A stretch of DNA of 64,000 nucleotides from Chrysomallon squamiferum (taxonomy: Eukaryota; Animalia; Mollusca): NCBI GenBank assembly GCA_012295275.1, contig CM022665.1:33480001-33544000 (forward strand), given 5' to 3'. Within the stretch, counting starts at the first letter, position 1; each line of letters starts with the position of its first letter. Of this stretch, positions 51,328 to 64,000 are shown piece by piece. Position numbers and translations under genes: made by a program. The notes beneath the pieces are model-generated. The model saw only the letters and a list, made by a program, of their open reading frames with translations, did no database searches and was not told where the DNA came from.

Positions 51328-53489
51328 CAGTAATACTTCGGATTAACGATGTAATTGGTTCCAAATTTCCGATCGAAAAGTGAGATATCGTTAAGCGGGA
51401 GGCTAATTTACATAGAATTAAGGTTAAAAACAGTGGTTACGTTCTTCCCGATTGAAATTTGACATAAAAAGAAATGTTAAATAAGGAGAAATAAAAAGGC
51501 AATTTAGACAAAAATGATTTAATAGATAATAGATATTAAACAGTAAATCATTTACAATTCAATTTTTACAAATATACTCTCCCAAAAAAGAAACGCAAAA
51601 TGGTTGATTTCTTAGATAACTATTGTAAACTGACACATATCGATGAATATAATGACATTTGGTCATTCAAACATAGCTTTTGTTACAGTCGCCAAAAAGC
51701 AGGTAACATAAAATAAAGGCTATGATCGTGTTTCTTAGCCAAAACGTCCCCGCATGCAAACCTCGTTACCAATGCATGTGCACGTGCGGTACATGAAACT
51801 TGAATACGAGGATTATAAAAATACAAGGTTTTCGAAATCTTCTGTTTGTTATTTTTGTTCTGACCCAACATTAAACAAATGCCACGACTGAGTGAACCGC
51901 AACGAAACAACGTCATTGGCCGTTTACAAGCTGGTGAATCCTTCTCGGCTGTAGCCCGGGTGTTCCATGTATCCCCAAGCACCACCTTGAGATTGTGATA
52001 TCGGTTCCAGCAATATCAAACACGTGACCGTCCCAGATCAGGTAGACCACGTGTACCCACCAGGGCCCAGGACCGCTATATACGGGTACTTCATCTACGG
52101 GAAAGAACCATCACGGCAACCTCTGCTGCTTCAACAATACCAGATCTGCGTAGAATATCGGCTGAGACAGTGCGCAACCGTTTATTCGAGGCAGGTATTC
52201 GAGCCAGACGGCCTGTAAGAAGAGTTGTTTTGTCTCAACAACATCGTTGACTACGACGTCAATGGTGTCAAGTATACAGAGTCTGGCCTCAGTTACAATG
52301 GAGAACTGTCTGGTTTAGTGACAGGCTCGATTTCTGCTTCGTCGAGCTGATGGAAGATGTCGAGTTTACAGACGTCGTGGTGAACGTTTTTCTGCAAACT
52401 GCATACAGGAAGCTGACAGATTTGGCGGTGGTAGTGTGACGGTGTGAGCAGCAATCTCATACACTGGCAGGACCAACCTGGTTCACATCCAAGGCAACTT
52501 AACAGCACAGAGATACCGAGATGAAATTTTGCAGCCACATGTCGCTCCAATTATGAATAATGGTACGCTGTATTCCAGCACGACAATGCGAGACCACATA
52601 CAGCCAGACTCAGAACAGCGTACCTACACAACAATAACATTCATGTCCTGCCCTGGCCCTCTAAATCTCTGGTTTTGAACCCCATAGAGCATTTACGGGA
52701 CGAGTTGGATAGACAACTGAGGCTGCAGCAACCACAGCCACATAATCGTGCTCAGTTGGCCTCATTACTACACACAGAATGGGCCACCATTCCACAAGGT
52801 GTAATTCGAAATGTCATTACTGCCATGGGAAGGAGATGTCAGGCAGTTCTGGACTCCCATGGTGGGCACACAAAGTATCGATATTATACTGTTATAACCT
52901 TGAACTTTAACCTTTTCAATGTAATATCATCAGTATTAATGAATTGTGAAAGTTTGTGTAAAATGTGAACACTCTGCTGCTTTATGTTGATTCATTAGAT
53001 AGATATTCCCAATGTCAATCAAATCTGCTTTTGCGTTTCTTTTTTGTTAGAGTATACATTAAGAAATAATTATATGCCGCTCATTGTGTGTGCATTTTTG
53101 TGGGTTTTGTGTTCATGTAAGATATTGTATTTTGTTTCTAAAGTTACTGTCTTCCGTTTCTTTTTTATCATCAGCATTTGCCGGTGTACTTTTATTCGTT
53201 TTGACATTGGAAGTGTAAATTATAAAAGGGTTAAGTCTAAATGGAAACAGAAGAGACAACAGAATCTGAACATCACATGTACCTATGACGCCTGCATGTC
53301 AAATGATCAACATAGCTGAGGGAAGCTCGTGAATGAACGTAAAACGGACTTAAACACATGCACTGTACCCATTTGTATAATTTATTTCGAGCAATTAACT
53401 AACTACTAAATTTCTATTTATATAATTTGTAAAAAAAAAAAAAAAAAAAAAGATCTTTAAAGCGGGATATCGTTAAGCGAGGTATAATG
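51328..53489 (-). mobile_element. Internal-deletion derivative of the Tigger family at 19851-21774, split by a Tc1 insertion
   Basis: 51328-51572 matches the reverse complement of about 21535-21774. 53057-53090 continues that match to about 21505-21535. About 53100-53489 matches about 19851-20260. TA at both ends. Confidence 0.85.
51575..53054 (+). mobile_element. Full-length Tc1 transposon with pseudogenised transposase (about 51879-52880)
   Basis: TIRs TA|TACTCTCCCAAAAAAGAAACGCAAAA and TTTTGCGTTTCTTTTTTGTTAGAGTA|TA. Transposase MPRLSEPQRNNVIGRLQAG...RPRSGRPR...VWFSD...FGGGSVTV...FQHDNARPH...WPSKS..LNPIEH...GGHTKY, with in-frame stops and frameshifts. Confidence 0.93.
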
Positions 53490-54331
53490 TATTTTACAAT
53501 AATAATCGGTTTCCATATAATCTGGAACAGTTCATTATAACGACTGAGGTAAAAAAAAAAAAAGCATGTAAATAAGACCACTGAACCATATTTAGCCTTT
53601 CGACATAATGGGAATTCGACCAGTCGGGAGTAAACCGTCAGATGCCGTGCACAAGGCAGGCGTCCAGTATTCATTTTGTCAGTTTTAAAATCGTTATTTA
53701 ATAAAAGTAATAAATAATATTAATAACTGTGGAAACATGTAAACGTACCCATTATTTATACGTAGCAGTTTAAGTCACAGAGGTTCATTGTTAGAAAATT
53801 ATGGAAGATCACGTAGTATGTTACGCTTTCAGATATTACGTAATCACAGTGAAATTTGTGCGGATGTAGTGCCAGTGAAGTTAACGCGCTGCGACCTATA
53901 AGATCAGTAAGTTTAAGCACCCCTGTTTTAGAATAATAGTTTAAAATGATGTGAAAATTTTGTCAAATTTTATAAACCCTATGACCTACATTAATCATTT
54001 AATGTCTATTACAATGTAGTCTGGTTAACAAAATAAAATGTGGAACATTTAGCCAACGTTCACACTTATTAGCTTTCGATATTTTAGCACGGAAATTCCC
54101 TGGGGTGGTGGGGGTGGAAAAAAAATTATTTAAAAAAAAAATTCACCACATTTGTATCAATTGCCCATTTTGACTCATGATGTAAGAGAAAAATGCACAT
54201 TTCGTATACACTGGTATTGTTTGAACAATGGGATAAGTGGCGGCTGTTGTTGATGTTAGTTTAGTGTTCTGTAATTTAGTGCTAATATACTTTATAGTAA
54301 GTAACTTGAAAGACTGATAGACTAATTATTT

Positions 54332-54335
<4 letters not shown>

Positions 54336-54369
<34 letters not shown>
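54336..54369. repeat. (AG)n microsatellite
   Basis: Direct reading. Confidence 0.95.
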
Positions 54370-54370
<1 letters not shown>

Positions 54371-55902
54371 ATTTGTTTATATTCTTTTTTATTATCTCTG
54401 TCTTGCAATGTTTGTGATATTTTATAGTCTTATTGGGCCTCTGTAATTTGCATCTGTCGCCGGCTTCAGTGGAATGAAATATCTCATGTATTGCTTCATG
54501 CCCCGCTATATGCTATTATTAGCATGAACCAATGATTTTTAAAAAATAATAATAGTAAACTCATTGTTTGCATAATAGTACCTGTTTTAGAAGTTGAGTG
54601 CTTTTTGTTTTAACGAAAAAGAGTGAAAATTGTATTTTTGATTAATTTTTTTATACGACCGGTTGACGGACCTTTAATGGTTGTTTTTTTTTTTTTTTTT
54701 TTTAAATTTCTGTTGTAAAACTGCATCAAGCGTTATAATGAATATATCAAGACAATCATTCATATAACACGTGATCAATTTGCTTTTTACAAGTAAATAC
54801 CACCTAGTGCACAGAAAATGGAAAAAAATATCATATATATAAAAAAAGAATTATAATGGTTTTAAGTATCGTTTTACAACCACGTATTCAGAACTGTCCG
54901 CTATGGAGTTTTAGCAGAATAACGTGGCCACGTTATGTTACCGAATGAGAATAGTCATCTTCATATTCACGCGCCAGTGTCTGTGAAAATTATTTATTTT
55001 ATTTTAGTTTAGTTTAGTTTAGTTTTTTATTTTGTATTTAAATTTTATTTATTTATTTATTTTTTGGGGGCTGGCGACATCGTAATAATATCTGAAAGAA
55101 ATATATAGCACGAAACGTGTACGAGATATGACGTCAAATTCACCCAAAATTAAATAAATAAAAGGTTTTCGACCTTTGCAGCAATTTCTACTCGGTAATA
55201 GACATCTATGTATACGAGGCATTGATTAAATGGCATATTCCCCAAATTACTTTTAATAATCCATGTAGAATTGATTTTATTATGAAGGCATACTATTTAA
55301 AAGTTTGTAAACACTGACCGGCGTTCTTAGATTTCGATCGGAAGTTTCCGTGAGCTCACGAACATTTTTAAACTTCCAAATGATCTACGCTACTAAAGGT
55401 AAGGATGGTTGTTTATATTACCAAACCATGATGTCGCGCGCCTTTCGTAACTACTTTTTCAACTTAATCAAACTTTTCAAACTGGATTATTTTTGTGCAA
55501 ATCCGTGCATTTTAAACTGAAATTATAATTCGGTAAACGATTAATGTATTAACTTTTGTTGTTAGTGTTGCCCCTGTGAAAACCCAGCAGAAAAGAACAT
55601 TTAGGTGTTTTTTGTACCCATTAAATCGTCGAAAGTTCTGGAAGCTTTTTTTCCCTGCTATTGTGCCGTTACGAGTTATCGTTCTTGTTGGTCAATGCTA
55701 CTATTATTGTTATTACTTTATTAATTTATTAATTAATTGAATTGTAATTATTAAAACTACATTTAGATAACATATTCTGGTTTATGATAAGTAATTTGTG
55801 GATAATCAGATGTACTGAAATACATTTTTAAAAATGATTGTTATAAATTACACTGAAACCTGCAGTTAATCCAAAATATTTTGGAACGTTCTCATCAGAA
55901 AA

Positions 55903-56027
55903 CCGGAAGGAAGTAACTCCGTCGTATACATGTTTGCGCATGCGGACAAAGAAACAGTTATCTGGTCAGCAAGAGAAATTACTTTTGTGGTCATAATTGT
56001 CAGATATTCCGCTGGTTACGTACTCAG
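55903..56027 (+). promoter_or_regulatory. Putative housekeeping promoter and non-coding first exon of BTBD10
   Basis: ETS-type CCGGAAG-GAAGT (55903), NRF1-type TGCGCATGCG (55935-55944) and donor CAG|GTACTA at 56027/56028. A strong acceptor lies downstream at 58490. Confidence 0.5.
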
Positions 56028-57782
56028 GTACTACTTAATTATTTGTTTCAGTAATATTTATAAACTCAGTTTAGTTATTTGTGATATATGGTATTCAGAG
56101 AACATTTAACCTGCTATTAATGAAATGATGCTGATAGCATATAATCATAATGATACATAAAGTAAAAGATAAGTGACAACATTTTTAAAAATAACATTTT
56201 ATGTGTGAAATAAAAATAAAATATAATCTTATAAAACAGTCCAAATAAATTGATTGCTTTCTAGACTTATTTTTAGAAAGGTACATGCTTTTTAAATATA
56301 TATATATAATTATTATATATATATTCATTTATTACATGACATTTCATTTATTTAAATTGATTTTATAAACAAAACTGAACTAAAGTAAAAATTTATTTTT
56401 CGAAAGCACTGTGCTCTAAGCTTATTTCAGTCACAAGGAACTGTTACTGTTAACCCTGGATATGCAAATGCATTGCAGTCTATTTCAATGTTGTTGGCAA
56501 AAATAAATAGTTGATTTGAAAATTTTGCCAAGTGATAGTGGGTTTATACAGTTTTATAAGATCTTGCTGTTCTTGCCCTGGCAGTAAAACCAAAAATAAT
56601 AGCAAAATATTGAGGAAAACACCAGATCACAAGTGGTGGACCTAAATAAAATAATTACTTGATATGTATAATCATCGTTTATCCCAAGATAATATTTATT
56701 TACTGTTTTAAAATAACATCAACATCAGCATTACAAACACAAAAAGAAACAACTTTGTATTTAAATAATTTTACATTTATACATGCTTACATACAGTACA
56801 TACTAGGGTTGGGATAATGTCCATTTCTTTTTGCATTTGACATTACACAGCTCTCAGTGTTTTATTTGTTCAGCAGAAGTAATGGGAAATGAATACTGTA
56901 TTAATTATTGGTTAACCTTTTGTATTTGGTCTGGCTAGTGTCTACATACCACATATTTAGTATGATTGTGGTTATAAGTGCTGCAAAAGAAAACGGGGCT
57001 CTGGAAGTAATCCCATCAACATTAGTTTTACTTGTCTGAGATCAAACAGTCCACAGTTTGAATTAAGCTATAGTTTAATTAAAACAAAAAATCTAGACAG
57101 TATTACTGTTCACAGTAATTAAGAGTTTGAAAGAAGTATTGTCTTAATAATGCTTTAAACTAAGAACATATAGCCATCCAATAAGCAGTGAAACTACCAG
57201 CAGTTTTGTCAACTGTTAAATTTTATGTCAAACATCAGATCATCAAAACTTAGATGTTTATTATTGCTGAACATGGTCAGGGCTTGAAACTCGTCTGAAA
57301 TGTATGGTGATCAAAAAAACAAATGTGGGCAACTAAGTATTCATTTTGAAAAAACTTTGTTTTTATACCTAAAAGTTGGTAGCCAAACAAAAAATATTCA
57401 TATTTCAGCTTTTAAGTAAAGGAAAGAATATAATTTTAGAAGTTAGATTAGTCTTTTCAGTTGGGCTCAAATTAACCAACCAGTCATACAGATCAATTCA
57501 AAGAGAACCCCCTCCCAGAAAGCGGAACACTGTTAAGCAGACGACAGCAGCTAATACGGCATTTGGGAAGGTTCGGTTTTGTCTGTGTATTCAGCAGAGA
57601 TGATCCGAATGGTCATGATAAATTTTACAATACTGGGTCATTGAGACTTGTGGTTTTTGTTTATCAAGACTATAGTTAACTACATGCATATCCAGTCTTC
57701 AAACTTAATGTTTATAAATAGATGTTGGCAAATTCAGGTAAGCTGATATGTCCAATTTATCAAATTGTGAGCAAATCTTTTA

Positions 57783-58090
57783 GGGTCATTCCATGTCAAA
57801 TCACCCAAAAAAAAAAAGAAATTTAAACCCGACAGTCTCAGATTTTTATAAAACTTGGTATACTTGTTGACTGGGATCCCACAGCACCAAATCTGAAATA
57901 TTGGCCCAATCGGATCAGTGGTGTGGGAGATAAGGCCCATCGAATTTAAAGATTTTTGGCAAAAATGGGCTTGACCACCAACCTTTGAACCCTCATATCT
58001 CAGGAACTACTGGGCCAATCTTCATAAAATTGGTATTGTTGAAAAGGCAATGTGACAAGGATTCCCAATCTGCCATTTTTGTTCAGTTTG
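57783..58090. mobile_element. Probable DNA-transposon end fragment
   Basis: GC-richer island starting TA|GGGTCATTCCATGTCAAATCA, with internal direct repeats (ATAAAACTTGGTA / ATAAAATTGGTA) and inverted repeats (TTGGCCCA / TGGGCCAA). Family not recognised. Confidence 0.4.
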
Positions 58091-58120
58091 GAAAATATTG
58101 GGGTACATTTACCTTTTGAC

Positions 58121-58274
58121 CAGTTGTGCATAAATATATACAAACAATAACTGAAAATATGTAAACATTGAATAAATCATGAATTTTTATTATAATGATC
58201 ACTTCAGATCATTATAATAAAAATTCATGATTATTCATTTATTGTTATTGTTTGTATATATTTATGCACAACTG
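58121..58274. repeat. 154-bp imperfect foldback palindrome
   Basis: CAGTTGTGCATAAATATATACAAACAATAAC...TTATTATAATGATC-acttca-GATCATTATAATAA...GTTATTGTTTGTATATATTTATGCACAACTG. Confidence 0.9.
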
Positions 58275-58576
58275 ATTATCAATTTTTTTTTATAATTGTT
58301 CTAAAAGAAAAAGAAATGTAAATAATTAACTTGATATGAAACTTGCTTTTCAGTATTGAGTTTGCAGTTGTTATAGAAATTTGCTCGATAAAAAGTATTG
58401 GTTTGGGTTAATATTTTTACTATTATGTTTTTATAATAAATTTATGCAGTATAAACAGAAATATTTTTTACTTTCATATTTTTATTTCAGCTTTATATTG
58501 TTGAACAAATCATTAACAACTGGCTGGTAAGAAAAAGGGCCGACAGTCTTTCCCTTCCTCATGTTCGAGAAGTGGA

Positions 58577-63509
<4,933 letters not shown>

Positions 63510-64000
63510 TAATACATTTTTATTTAAAATTTACACGTCAGTTTCATTTTACGATAAACATTATTATTAAAAAATGGAACATTTAAAAATATCTTATTTT
63601 AAAATAAAATTGTACTTCAAATGAGATTTTATAAAATGTTTTACCAAGATGTTACTTTCTTTAACTGTTTGGTGATCTTGCATTCTGCTATGACATGGGA
63701 AGGATACTCAGTTCTGATTAGCTAGAGTTAAAGTAGAGTTAAAGTATGCACATTTTTATGAAGCTAGTTTACTTTCATAGGATTATTTTTTTTTTTTTTT
63801 TTTATAAAATAACATGGATACCTATCTGTTTTTATTTTTGTTTACATTGTAATTTCATATGTTAGACATTTACACAGTTAATTTGAATTAATTACTTATA
63901 TGAATTAAGAAATCCAATATTTTGATACATTTTCCTGGATACTGGCAATTTTTAGTTTGATAAGGACAAGTGTAAAGGGTTCAATACATTTTCTAAAAGT

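Overview
AT-rich, intron-rich animal genomic DNA; the ferritin and IRE sequences suggest a lophotrochozoan, probably a mollusc (inference). Splicing by eye gives five host genes. (1) First coding exon of a RERG/RasL11-type Ras GTPase (-, 37-175, runs off the left edge). (2) A complete 17-exon NOX4-like NADPH oxidase (+, 7737-19327, 565 aa). (3) A 7-exon, strongly divergent nicotinic-type Cys-loop receptor subunit (-, 25020-29807, about 463 aa). (4) A 4-exon ferritin with a textbook 5' iron-responsive element (+, 41758-48884, 171 aa). (5) The 5' part of BTBD10/KCTD20 (+, 58577 to beyond the right edge). The rest is transposon debris: a decayed Gypsy/Mag LTR element with both LTRs, tRNA-Ser PBS and PPT; a Tigger element and its deletion derivative carrying a nested Tc1; hAT, LINE and MITE remnants; and microsatellites. 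I found no multi-gene novel system. The best leads are the Cys-loop subunit, which keeps the vicinal cysteines but has lost the loop B and loop D tryptophans and has a remodelled pore, and the NOX4, which has an intact reading frame but many altered conserved motifs. All gene models are manual and no database search was run.
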